64,000 nucleotides of DNA from a bacterium (lineage in GTDB: Bacteria > Patescibacteriota > Microgenomatia > Daviesbacterales > UBA10151): the NCBI GenBank assembly GCA_021786105.1, contig JAJYNW010000010.1, positions 26,301 to 90,300 of the forward strand. Direction: 5' to 3'. Positions 1 to 8,261 of the stretch are shown here, in pieces. Within the stretch, counting starts at the first letter, position 1. The number at the start of each line of letters is the position of its first letter. A model generated the notes under the pieces. It had not been told where the DNA came from. It did no database searches and was given only the letters and a program-made list of their open reading frames with translations. A program made the translations under genes and the position numbers.

Positions 1-1
1 A

Positions 2-541
2 CAGTGGAGGAAATGGAAAACTTCAGATGGCAGAATTATTGATCAATTAGGCTGGGTGATTAAAGAACTCAAAACCACTCCTTTCAGGAAATCAATTCTG
101 GTATCAGCTTGGAATCCGGAGTTCATTTACGAGATGGCCTTGCCGGGAAAATCCATGGCTTTGCCGCCTTGTCATACCTTGTACCAATTTAATACCACCG
201 ACGACCGATTATCTTTGCAGCTATACCAGCGCAGCGCTGACTCTTTTTTGGGAGTGCCGTTTAACATTGCGTCATACGCTTTGTTTACGATGATGATGGC
301 TCAAGTGGTGGGGTTAAAACCCGGGGAATTTGTTCATACATTTGGTGATGTACACATTTACAGTAACCACATAGCTCAAGTCAAAGAGCAGCTAAAAAGA
401 AAACCCCGGCCTTTTCCGGTCATGAAAATAAATCCCAAAATCAAAAATATTGATGATTTCAAAATTGAAGATTTTACTGTAGAAGGTTATGATCCCTACC
501 CGCCAATTAAAGGTGAAGTCACGGTAGTAGGAGGATTTTGA
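2..541 (+). CDS. thyA: thymidylate synthase, 5' end truncated by the window edge
   Basis: The frame is open from nt 2. Translation carries ThyA motifs ([22 protein letters not shown]) and the 3' end overlaps folA. Confidence 0.9.
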   Translation, partial: QWRKWKTSDGRIIDQLGWVIKELKTTPFRKSILVSAWNPEFIYEMALPGKSMALPPCHTLYQFNTTDDRLSLQLYQRSADSFLGVPFNIASYALFTMMMAQVVGLKPGEFVHTFGDVHIYSNHIAQVKEQLKRKPRPFPVMKINPKIKNIDDFKIEDFTVEGYDPYPPIKGEVTVVGGF

Positions 542-1026
542 TGGTTAGCATTATTGTGGCCATTGCCGGCCAAAAAAGAGTAATTGGGACTCAAGGGGGG
601 ATGCCCTGGTATATCCCCCAAGAGTTAAAAAGGTTTAAGGAGATTACCATGGGTCACCCGATTATCATGGGCAGGAAAACCTTTGAATCGATTGGCAAGG
701 CTTTACCCGGCAGAACCAATATTGTGATTACTCGGGATCCATCTTTTCAATCAGAAGGCGTAATTGTGGTAAATTCCCTGGAAGAAGCCCTTCAAAAAGC
801 CAAAGGCCAACCAGGGGATGAGGAAATTTTTATTATTGGCGGAGGAGAAATCTACAAACAGGCTTTGCCGCTGACTGACAAGCTTTACCTGACAATGATT
901 GATAAGGAAATTAAAGGCGATACCTTTTTCCCGGATTATTCTGATTTTAAAAAAGTGGTTTCAGGGTCAGCGGAGCAGCGGTCGGATGGGTTTAAGTATA
1001 AATTTTTGGAACTGGAAAGAATTTAG
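538..1026 (+). CDS. folA: dihydrofolate reductase
   Basis: The 162 aa product has DHFR motifs (IGxxGx[12 protein letters not shown]). It overlaps thyA by 4 nt, the classic thyA-folA pair. Confidence 0.9.
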   Translation: MMVSIIVAIAGQKRVIGTQGGMPWYIPQELKRFKEITMGHPIIMGRKTFESIGKALPGRTNIVITRDPSFQSEGVIVVNSLEEALQKAKGQPGDEEIFIIGGGEIYKQALPLTDKLYLTMIDKEIKGDTFFPDYSDFKKVVSGSAEQRSDGFKYKFLELERI

Positions 1027-1130
1027 CTCCTTTGTGGTTTAGCAGGTAAAACGAAGAAAAGAAAAATTAGGTACCTAAAATTGCTTCATAGGGTGTGTAA
1101 GTAATTGTAAAGTCCTATAGTTGATAGAAA

Positions 1131-1742
1131 GTGGCTTTTGTAGTAAAATTCCCAACTATGCTTACTATAGAAGAATTAGATGCATATTGTCTTTCATATC
1201 TGCTGCCTGAACCAGAGGTTGTTAGTACGCCTGTTGTTTCCACAGACCTAGGAAAAGTTATTGCAAAGCTTATGAAAGAAGTGGCAGGGAAAAATGGTAT
1301 TTTGTCTTGCAATATTAAATATTTAGCCTTGGCTGCGGGACAAGCGTATAAAGAACTTGCATTTGCAGAAGAGCTGAATATTAACAACCGTGATGTAACT
1401 TTGGTGGATAGAAAATATCAAGATGGTGACGAACGCTGGTTTAGAAGATTTCCAGGCATTAGGGTTGTAACATCTGGCATATTTGCTTTTCTAACACAAC
1501 CGCTTGAGAAAGATTTTACGCTCGTTTCTGTTTTCGGTATAGAATATTCATTAAAAGATTCACGTCGTATGAAAGCGCTAATTTCTTTGTTGCCAAATGT
1601 TTTAAGGCGGTCTGGGTTAGTTTGTATCGATCCATATGACGGTGCAGCTATGCAAGAAATTTGGCAACAGAATAGATTTCAGCCACTATATAATCCAGCA
1701 GCTTTGCCTGATTCTCCAATCGTATATTTATTTAATCCTTAA
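1131..1742 (+). CDS. hypothetical protein, no recognizable family
   Basis: 203 aa ORF followed by a hairpin (AGGCTTG..CAAGCCT). Codon usage is richer in A/T at third positions than the neighbouring housekeeping genes. Confidence 0.4.
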   Translation: MAFVVKFPTMLTIEELDAYCLSYLLPEPEVVSTPVVSTDLGKVIAKLMKEVAGKNGILSCNIKYLALAAGQAYKELAFAEELNINNRDVTLVDRKYQDGDERWFRRFPGIRVVTSGIFAFLTQPLEKDFTLVSVFGIEYSLKDSRRMKALISLLPNVLRRSGLVCIDPYDGAAMQEIWQQNRFQPLYNPAALPDSPIVYLFNP

Positions 1743-1851
1743 TGGTTAAACATAGGCTTGTTTTATTGGACCAAGCCTGTTAAAATACAACTTATTACAC
1801 ACTCATAGTTTAAGTCTCTAAAACCACTAACTATGAGGAGGAACAAGAGAC

Positions 1852-1935
1852 ATGTATAAGAACCTGTCGGTTCTTGCGATAGTTCCGCGCTTCGCGCGTA
1901 GTAACTATCTAAAATTACCTTTTTCCTTGGTGTAA
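1852..1935 (+). promoter_or_regulatory. 27-codon upstream ORF with a strong SD (GAGGAGG) that duplicates the rpsB start (ATG TAT AAG); part of a ~87 nt structured insertion in the rpsB leader
   Basis: ATGTATAA occurs at 1852 behind a perfect SD and again at 1947 (true rpsB start, no SD). Hairpins AAGAACC..GGTTCTT and CGCGC-TTC-GCGCG lie between them, and the uORF stops 12 nt before rpsB. Confidence 0.3.
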
Positions 1936-1946
1936 AATAGAAACTT

Positions 1947-2807
1947 ATGTATAAACTACCGACATTGCAAGAACTGCTGGAAGCCGGGGTGCATTTTGGG
2001 CACCAGGTTAGACGCGGCCATCCCAGGATGCGGCCATATATTTATGGAGCCCGGGAAGGCGTGCATGTTATTGATTTAACCCAATCCGAAAAATACTTAA
2101 AAGAAGCTGCTGAGTTTGTCTACAATTTAGGCAAAGAGGGCAGAGTACTGCTTTTCGTGGGTACTAAAAAACAAGCCCAGCCGATTATTGAAGAATTTGC
2201 CAAAGAGCTGGGAGCACCGTATTTAGCGGAAAGATGGATGGGCGGATTTTTAACTAATTTTGAACAAATGCAGAAAAATATCAAAAGGCTCAAAGAATAT
2301 TTAGAGCAAAAGAAAAAGGGTGAACTTTCCAAATATACCAAAAAAGAGCAATTGTTGTTGGAGAGAAAAATGGGCAAATTGGAAAAAGATTTTGCCGGAG
2401 TAATGGATCTGGCAAAATTGCCCGATGTTATTTTTGTAGTTGATGCAGTATCGGATAATATTGCTATCAGGGAAGCTAAAAGGTTAAACATTAAAGTAGT
2501 GGCGATCGCCGATTCAAATTCTGATCCTACACAAATTGACTACCCAATCCCAGGCAATGATGATGCAATCAAATCAATTAAAATATTAGTAGGGGCGGTA
2601 GCTTCTGCTTACGGAGAAGGCAAAAAATCCTCCTCCGCCAAGGCTTCGGAGGCAGAAGAAAAAACTGCTGAAAAGCCGGCTAAAGAAGGTAAAAAAGAAA
2701 CAGAGGAGAAAACTGAAGAGGGAATAGCAGAAGAATTAAAAGAGGAAGTGGCAGCAGCTGAGGAAATGGTGGAAAAAGAATCTGTTAAGGAATCAGAAGG
2801 GTTGTAG
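1947..2807 (+). CDS. rpsB: 30S ribosomal protein S2 with an acidic K/E-rich C-terminal tail
   Basis: N-terminus reads LLEAGVHFGHQ...RWNP-like. It is followed by tsf, the conserved rpsB-tsf pair. Confidence 0.95.
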   Translation: MYKLPTLQELLEAGVHFGHQVRRGHPRMRPYIYGAREGVHVIDLTQSEKYLKEAAEFVYNLGKEGRVLLFVGTKKQAQPIIEEFAKELGAPYLAERWMGGFLTNFEQMQKNIKRLKEYLEQKKKGELSKYTKKEQLLLERKMGKLEKDFAGVMDLAKLPDVIFVVDAVSDNIAIREAKRLNIKVVAIADSNSDPTQIDYPIPGNDDAIKSIKILVGAVASAYGEGKKSSSAKASEAEEKTAEKPAKEGKKETEEKTEEGIAEELKEEVAAAEEMVEKESVKESEGL

Positions 2808-2817
2808 AATAATATTT

Positions 2818-3273
2818 ATGGATATTAAGCTTGAAGATATCAAAAAACTACGCGAACAAATCGGGGCAGGAATTGCCGATTGCAAAGAAGCTTTAAAGCA
2901 GTCAAATGGTGATATAGAAAAAGCCAAAGAGTATTTAAAGAAAAAAGGTTTTGAAAAGGGGGCTTCCAAAGGTGAAAGGGAAACTAAAGCTGGTATTGTG
3001 GATGTCTACTCGCATGGCGGAAGAGTAGGAGTTTTGGTTGAACTGCTTTGTGAAACAGATTTTGTCGGGAGAACTGAAGATTTTAAAAATCTGGCCCACG
3101 AAATAGCTTTGCAAATTGCTTCCATGAACCCTTCTAGTGTTGAAGATCTTTTATCGCAAGAGTATATTAGAGATAATTCTTTGACGATAGATCAATTAGT
3201 TAAATCCGTAATAGGAAAATTAGGAGAAAATATTCAAGTTGGCAGGTTTGAAAGAATAGCAATCGGGGAATAA
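2818..3273 (+). CDS. tsf: elongation factor Ts, short 151 aa form
   Basis: UBA-like N-terminus (LREQIGAGIADCKEAL) and core motif (VLVELLCETDFVGRTEDF). Confidence 0.85.
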   Translation: MDIKLEDIKKLREQIGAGIADCKEALKQSNGDIEKAKEYLKKKGFEKGASKGERETKAGIVDVYSHGGRVGVLVELLCETDFVGRTEDFKNLAHEIALQIASMNPSSVEDLLSQEYIRDNSLTIDQLVKSVIGKLGENIQVGRFERIAIGE

Positions 3274-3828
3274 ATGGATCCAGTTTTAACTGAACCTAAT
3301 CAAAAGATTGAAGCTGCACTGAATCACTTTAAAGTGGAAATTGCCGGGATCAGAGCCGGCCGGGCTAATCCATCATTAATCGAAAACATTCCGGTTGAGG
3401 CTTACGGCTCCAGAATGAAACTTAATGAAGTGGGAAATATTTCCGTTCCTCAGCCTTCTCTGTTAACAGTTCAGGTTTGGGATGCCTCTGTTTTGGATAA
3501 GGTAATTAAAGCTATTCAGGAAGCAAATTTAGGTTTAAATCCCTCCAATGAAGGTACTTTGATCCGTTTGCCGATTCCCCCATTAACTACGGAAAGACGG
3601 GAAGAGTTTATTAAACTATTACATAAAAAGGTGGAAGAGGCTCACGTTTCAATTCGACAGATCAGGCAGGATTTTCGAAATGAGTGGAAAAAGCAGTCAG
3701 AAGAAGGTCAATTTGGAGAAGATGAATTCTTCCGGAGAGAAAAGATTTTACAAGAATTAATAGATAAAAAAACTGCTGAAATTGAAGAATTGGCTAAGGT
3801 AAAAGAAGAAGAGTTAACACAAATTTAA
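3274..3828 (+). CDS. frr: ribosome recycling factor
   Basis: 184 aa with RRF motifs (IRAGRANPSLIE, LNPSNEGTLIRLPIPPLT). Confidence 0.9.
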   Translation: MDPVLTEPNQKIEAALNHFKVEIAGIRAGRANPSLIENIPVEAYGSRMKLNEVGNISVPQPSLLTVQVWDASVLDKVIKAIQEANLGLNPSNEGTLIRLPIPPLTTERREEFIKLLHKKVEEAHVSIRQIRQDFRNEWKKQSEEGQFGEDEFFRREKILQELIDKKTAEIEELAKVKEEELTQI

Positions 3829-3829
3829 G

Positions 3830-4933
3830 ATGGTTCTTTCCGCCGTCATCTTTATTATTACGCTTCTGGTGTTAGTTTTAATCCATGAATTTGGCCATTT
3901 TTTGGTAGCCAAAAAATTTGGGATTAAAGTAGAAGAATTTGGTTTTGGGATTCCACCTAGGCTGTGGGGTAAAAAAATCGGCGAGACTTTATATTCTATC
4001 AACTGGCTGCCGTTTGGGGGGTTTGTCAAACTCCTGGGGGAAGATGAAGTAGATACAATCATGGTAAGCAAAAAAGACAAAAGCCGGGATTTCCGGGTTA
4101 AGTCGGTTTGGCAAAGGATTGCGGTGGTGGTGGCGGGAGTAGCAATGAACTTAATTTTGGCGTGGGTGCTTTTGTATATTGTGATTATAGCGCAAAATTT
4201 TAAAATTATTTATCCGACTTTAGAACCGGCAGTTTATATAGCGCAAGTAGAAAATAATTTTCCCGCCCAAAAAGCCGGTGTCCAGCCGGGAGAAAAGCTG
4301 GAGGCGGTTGATAACCAAAAAGTTTCAGATATTGATACTGCCAGGAAGCTGATTAAATCCAAAGACGAAAAGCCCGTGACTTTGACATTAGCTGACAGCG
4401 ATGGCAGAAACCCGCGAAAAATAAGCGTTACTCCGCAAAAGCAGCCCAATGGGGATGTGCTAATCGGAGTGGTGTTTAGCCCAATTCCATTCAGGGAATA
4501 TCAAACTGTTCCTCAAAAACTTTTTTCCGGAATTACTTATTCTTGGGATTTAGTCAGGCTGACTTTTGCCGGCTTGGGCAGATTACTGCATGATTTGATT
4601 TATGGAAATTTTGGAGCAGCTTCTCAATCAGTTAGCGGGCCAGTTGGTCTGGCTGTTGTCACCAATGATATCTTATCTTCCGGCGGCCTGGCGACGGTAA
4701 TTCTGCCGTATCTTTGGTTTGTGGGGGTAATCTCTTTAACCTTGAGCGTATTTAATGTTTTACCGATTCCGGCTTTGGATGGAGGCAGGTTGTTGTTTTT
4801 GGTGATTGAGGCCGTGACCGGCAAAAAGGTAAAGGAAGATGTTGAAAAGAATGTGCACATGATAGGTTTTATTATCTTGCTTGCTTTGGCTGTATTGATT
4901 ACTTTTTCGGATATCCGCAAACTGCTTCCGTAG
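3830..4933 (+). CDS. rseP: RIP zinc metalloprotease (site-2 protease, RseP family)
   Basis: HEFGH zinc motif in TM1, a PDZ-like middle region and a C-terminal LDGG motif. Confidence 0.85.
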   Translation: MVLSAVIFIITLLVLVLIHEFGHFLVAKKFGIKVEEFGFGIPPRLWGKKIGETLYSINWLPFGGFVKLLGEDEVDTIMVSKKDKSRDFRVKSVWQRIAVVVAGVAMNLILAWVLLYIVIIAQNFKIIYPTLEPAVYIAQVENNFPAQKAGVQPGEKLEAVDNQKVSDIDTARKLIKSKDEKPVTLTLADSDGRNPRKISVTPQKQPNGDVLIGVVFSPIPFREYQTVPQKLFSGITYSWDLVRLTFAGLGRLLHDLIYGNFGAASQSVSGPVGLAVVTNDILSSGGLATVILPYLWFVGVISLTLSVFNVLPIPALDGGRLLFLVIEAVTGKKVKEDVEKNVHMIGFIILLALAVLITFSDIRKLLP

Positions 4934-4941
4934 TCAACCAT

Positions 4942-5259
4942 ATGATAGCTGAATATGAATTAAGGAAACTATCTAATTCTAGGAGCATTTTTGCAGAAGG
5001 ACTTAAGAGGACAGAAGATCGTTATGGTTTTGAAGCTCCTGTAACAAAACTTGCTACTAGGTTGTGGGATAAGTGCGGATTATTACAACTACCGCAAGGA
5101 TATATAGAAAAAAAATCAGAAATTTGTGAAGTGATTGCCAAATCTTTTGTTGTGACACATTTCAGTATACCAGCTGTAACTTTAGATATTGCCCTTAACC
5201 TTTCTAGGTATATCCTCTGCACAACAGAGATAGCTTGGGAAAGAATACAGCAAAAATAG
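4942..5259 (+). CDS. hypothetical protein
   Basis: 105 aa ORF with no recognizable motifs. Codon usage (AGG/AGA/CTA-rich) is atypical for the neighbourhood. Confidence 0.35.
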   Translation: MIAEYELRKLSNSRSIFAEGLKRTEDRYGFEAPVTKLATRLWDKCGLLQLPQGYIEKKSEICEVIAKSFVVTHFSIPAVTLDIALNLSRYILCTTEIAWERIQQK

Positions 5260-5288
5260 TTAATTTACTACCCCGGATTGTTCCGTAA

Positions 5289-5317
5289 TTTAAAATCACC
5301 CCGATCTCCGCTATAAT
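5289..5317 (+). promoter_or_regulatory. candidate sigma70-type promoter for proS (-35 TTTAAA, 17 nt spacer, -10 TATAAT)
   Basis: The hexamers were read directly. A GAGGAGG SD follows 4 nt after the -10 and the ATG is at 5332. Confidence 0.3.
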
Positions 5318-5331
5318 GAAGAGGAGGTAAT

Positions 5332-6555
5332 ATGAAATATTCAAAACTTTTTCCGAAAACTATAAAACAGGTTCCAATTGGAGCTGAATCAGTAAATCAC
5401 CAGCTGTTGGTTCGTGCCGGATTTATCCATCAGGAAATGGCCGGGGTTTATACCTATTTGCCTTTGGGTTGGAGAGTAATCGAGAAAATCTCCAATATTG
5501 TGAGGGAGGAGATGAATAAAGTTAACGGTCAGGAAATACTGATGCCGGTTTTGCACCCCGGCGAAAATTGGAAGAAAACCGGCAGATTTGATAGCTTTGA
5601 TGTTTTGTTTAAGTTAAAGGGTGCAGGAGATAAAGATTTAGTGCTTGGGCCTACTCATGAAGAAATTATTTATCCTTTGCTTGCTGAGTATGTAAATTCA
5701 TATAAAGATTTACCGCTTCATTTATATCAGATCCAGACCAAATTTCGTAATGAGCCAAGAGCGAAGGCTGGGCTACTTCGTACCAGGGAATTTATTATGA
5801 AGGATTTGTATGCTTTTCATGAAAGCGATGAAGATAGGGATGAATATTATAAAATTGTTAGAGAGGCTTACTTGAGGATTTTTAAGAAATTAGAATTGCC
5901 TGTACTGATAACTAAAGCCTCGGGAGGAACTTTTTCTGATCTTTCGGAAGAATTTCAGGTAGTTACTCCTTCCGGCGAAGATACCATATTAATTTGCAGC
6001 AAATGTGATGTTGTAATTAACAAAGAAATTGCCGGAAAGGATTGTTCGGAATGCGGCGGGGTTATAAAAGAAGAAAAAGCTATTGAGGTGGGGAACATTT
6101 TCCCGCTTAAACGGGCTTATGCAGAAGTTTTTAACTTAAGTTTTACGGATAAAAAAGGAGAAAAGAAAATTGTTTCGGCAGGATGTTACGGTTTGGGGAT
6201 TTCCCGGGTAATGGGAGCTATTGTGGAAGTATCTCACGATGATAAGGGGATGATTTGGCCGGAAAGTGTGGCTCCGTTCCGGGTTCATTTGGTGGGTTTG
6301 GATTTGGAAGATAAAAGCGTAATGGAAATGGCAGAGAAGGTTCATAAATTGCTGGAGGCGGAAGGAATTGAGGTGTTGTTTGATGATCGGGTAGGAGTTT
6401 CAGCCGGGGCCAAATTTGCTGATGCGGACCTAATTGGCATTCCTTATAGAATTGTGATTTCTAAAAAGACCACAGAGGATAAATTGGAAGTTAAAAAGAG
6501 AAGCGAAAAAGAGACAAAATTTATGTCTTTTAAACAATTTCTGGAAATTGTTTAA
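5332..6555 (+). CDS. proS: prolyl-tRNA synthetase, bacterial type, minimal (no INS editing domain)
   Basis: Class II motifs (QIQTKFRNE, GCYGLGISR) and a C-terminal anticodon-binding domain. A CxxC-x13-CxxC zinc knuckle sits where the INS domain would be. Confidence 0.85.
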   Translation: MKYSKLFPKTIKQVPIGAESVNHQLLVRAGFIHQEMAGVYTYLPLGWRVIEKISNIVREEMNKVNGQEILMPVLHPGENWKKTGRFDSFDVLFKLKGAGDKDLVLGPTHEEIIYPLLAEYVNSYKDLPLHLYQIQTKFRNEPRAKAGLLRTREFIMKDLYAFHESDEDRDEYYKIVREAYLRIFKKLELPVLITKASGGTFSDLSEEFQVVTPSGEDTILICSKCDVVINKEIAGKDCSECGGVIKEEKAIEVGNIFPLKRAYAEVFNLSFTDKKGEKKIVSAGCYGLGISRVMGAIVEVSHDDKGMIWPESVAPFRVHLVGLDLEDKSVMEMAEKVHKLLEAEGIEVLFDDRVGVSAGAKFADADLIGIPYRIVISKKTTEDKLEVKKRSEKETKFMSFKQFLEIV

Positions 6556-6976
6556 AGTATTGCTTACCGAACCGAGAAGGGTGATGAATTTTCTGATAAA
6601 ATTCACTAGCCTCAGGATCATAATTTTCTAAGATAATGTCACCTACGAGGGCTTCTAGTGCTTCATCACGGTTTTGGGGACGTTTTCCTGTAAGCACTTC
6701 TATAATACCGAAGATACCAAGGCTTCTTCTTCTGAGCCAAAAAGAAGATCTATCTGTATTACTGATATTACAAGAACCGTCTCCGTAAATACGATCCTCG
6801 ATTATATCCTGAGTAAGATTTAATTCTTTGATGCCCTCCTGGTAAGACAATCCTTTTACCAGCCAACATTCCAAGATTTGTCTGTGCACTGGGAGGAAAG
6901 GATTGATTGGGGATAGGCAAAGTTGTCCCTCTATTCCTAAGCCTCTTTTCAATACTTGTTCTGTTGCTACTGCCAT
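6530..6976 (-). CDS. hypothetical protein
   Basis: 148 aa ORF convergent with proS, overlapping its 3' end by 26 nt. No confident family; codon usage is atypical. Confidence 0.35.
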   Translation of the reverse strand: MAVATEQVLKRGLGIEGQLCLSPINPFLPVHRQILECWLVKGLSYQEGIKELNLTQDIIEDRIYGDGSCNISNTDRSSFWLRRRSLGIFGIIEVLTGKRPQNRDEALEALVGDIILENYDPEASEFYQKIHHPSRFGKQYFKQFPEIV

Positions 6977-7076
6977 CGCGATAGTATATTATAGGGTAAC
7001 TAAAAAATCAACAGACTGATTTGAATAAACCTCTTCATTGATTTTAAAGCTGATTTCTGGTACATTAGCTGATTAG

Positions 7077-7124
7077 TGTCGTCAGGACAATTATTTATGG
7101 ATCCCGATTTTCATCGGGATGACA
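7077..7124. repeat. short palindromic element (family termini TGTCGTCAGGAC...ATCGGGATGACA) immediately upstream of tig
   Basis: An inverted repeat ATCCCGAT-TTTC-ATCGGGAT lies inside TGTCRTC/GATGACA termini. It ends 7 nt before the tig ATG and provides AAAGGA. Confidence 0.5.
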
Positions 7125-7131
7125 AAAGGAT

Positions 7132-8223
7132 ATGATTACTCAAAATATTGAAAAACTTCCTAAAAGTATTGTTGAAGTCACGGTGACAGTGCCGTGGATT
7201 GATTTGCAGCCGACTTGGGATGCTACTTTGCAAAGGATGGCCCAAGAGGTAGAGTTGCCGGGTTTTAGAAAAGGCCAGGCGCCTATTAACATGGCAGAAC
7301 AAAACCTGGGGATCAAGCTTCAGGATGAGGTTTTAAAAAATGCCATGCCCAATTTTTTGATTGAGGCTTTGAAGGGCACGGATATTGTCCCGATTGATTA
7401 TCCAAAATACGACCTGATTTCTTTTACTAAAGGCCAACAACTGCAATTTAAAGCCACTATTACCAACAGACCGGCGGTGACAGTGGGTAATTACAAAAAC
7501 ATTAAAGTTACTAAACCTACTCCCAAAGCAGTAACTGAAGAAGAAGTTAATAAAGTGGTTGATGATTTGTTTAAAAGATGGAAAGCCAGAGCAGGAGCTC
7601 AGCCAGCGGCCGGATCACAACCGGCAGCAGGCGGACAAACAGGTTCAATTAATTTTCAGGGCAATCAACCTCAGGCTCCAACCGGCGGGCAATCAGCTGG
7701 TCCTGATGATACTTTTGCCAGAGCCATGGGAGCTTTGGGTTTAACTGACCTAAAAGGCAAAATCAGAAAAGACCTGGAGGCCAATGTTTCCTACAATAAT
7801 GAATTAGACTATGAGGAGGCAATTTTGCAAGAAGTGGAGAAAATTACTACCGTAGAAATACCGGAAATTTTAATCCAGGACGAGCTCAACAGGATGTTGG
7901 TTTCGCTTCAAAGAAGAGTGGCAGATATGGGGCTTTTGCTTGAGGATTACTTAAAAAGCCAGGGGAAAACTTTAGAACAACTGAAAAGCGAATGGAGGGT
8001 ACAAGCTGAAAAAAATGTCCGGATGGAGCTTGGTTTGGCAGAAGTGGCCAGACTGGAAAATGTTTCAATTTCTGATGCTGAGTTGCAGGCAGAAGTAGAC
8101 AAGATCCAGGATGCCAAAGTCAAAGCGCAATTTGAGGCTCAGGAACCAAGATTGCACCTAAGACATGCTTTAAGACAGACTCGAACACTCGATCTTCTTA
8201 AGAAGATGGTTGCCAGCTCCTAA
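7132..8223 (+). CDS. tig: trigger factor; the PPIase domain is replaced by a G/Q/P/A-rich linker
   Basis: N-terminal ribosome-binding domain with the GFRKGQAPINM signature and a TF C-terminal arm domain. ~45 aa of low-complexity sequence sit where the FKBP domain normally is. Confidence 0.8.
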   Translation: MITQNIEKLPKSIVEVTVTVPWIDLQPTWDATLQRMAQEVELPGFRKGQAPINMAEQNLGIKLQDEVLKNAMPNFLIEALKGTDIVPIDYPKYDLISFTKGQQLQFKATITNRPAVTVGNYKNIKVTKPTPKAVTEEEVNKVVDDLFKRWKARAGAQPAAGSQPAAGGQTGSINFQGNQPQAPTGGQSAGPDDTFARAMGALGLTDLKGKIRKDLEANVSYNNELDYEEAILQEVEKITTVEIPEILIQDELNRMLVSLQRRVADMGLLLEDYLKSQGKTLEQLKSEWRVQAEKNVRMELGLAEVARLENVSISDAELQAEVDKIQDAKVKAQFEAQEPRLHLRHALRQTRTLDLLKKMVASS

Positions 8224-8261
8224 CCCCAAGAGGTATAATTTAACTGCCTTAAATTTAAATT

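Noticed and set aside
1750-1776. Hairpin AGGCTTG-N11-CAAGCCT after the 203 aa ORF, considered as a terminator feature
   Set aside because: It is not followed by a U-tract. It is mentioned in the ORF evidence only.
2120-2491. 123 aa minus-strand ORF inside rpsB
   Set aside because: It is antisense to a strongly supported ribosomal protein gene, has low-complexity translation and no signals. It is a shadow ORF.
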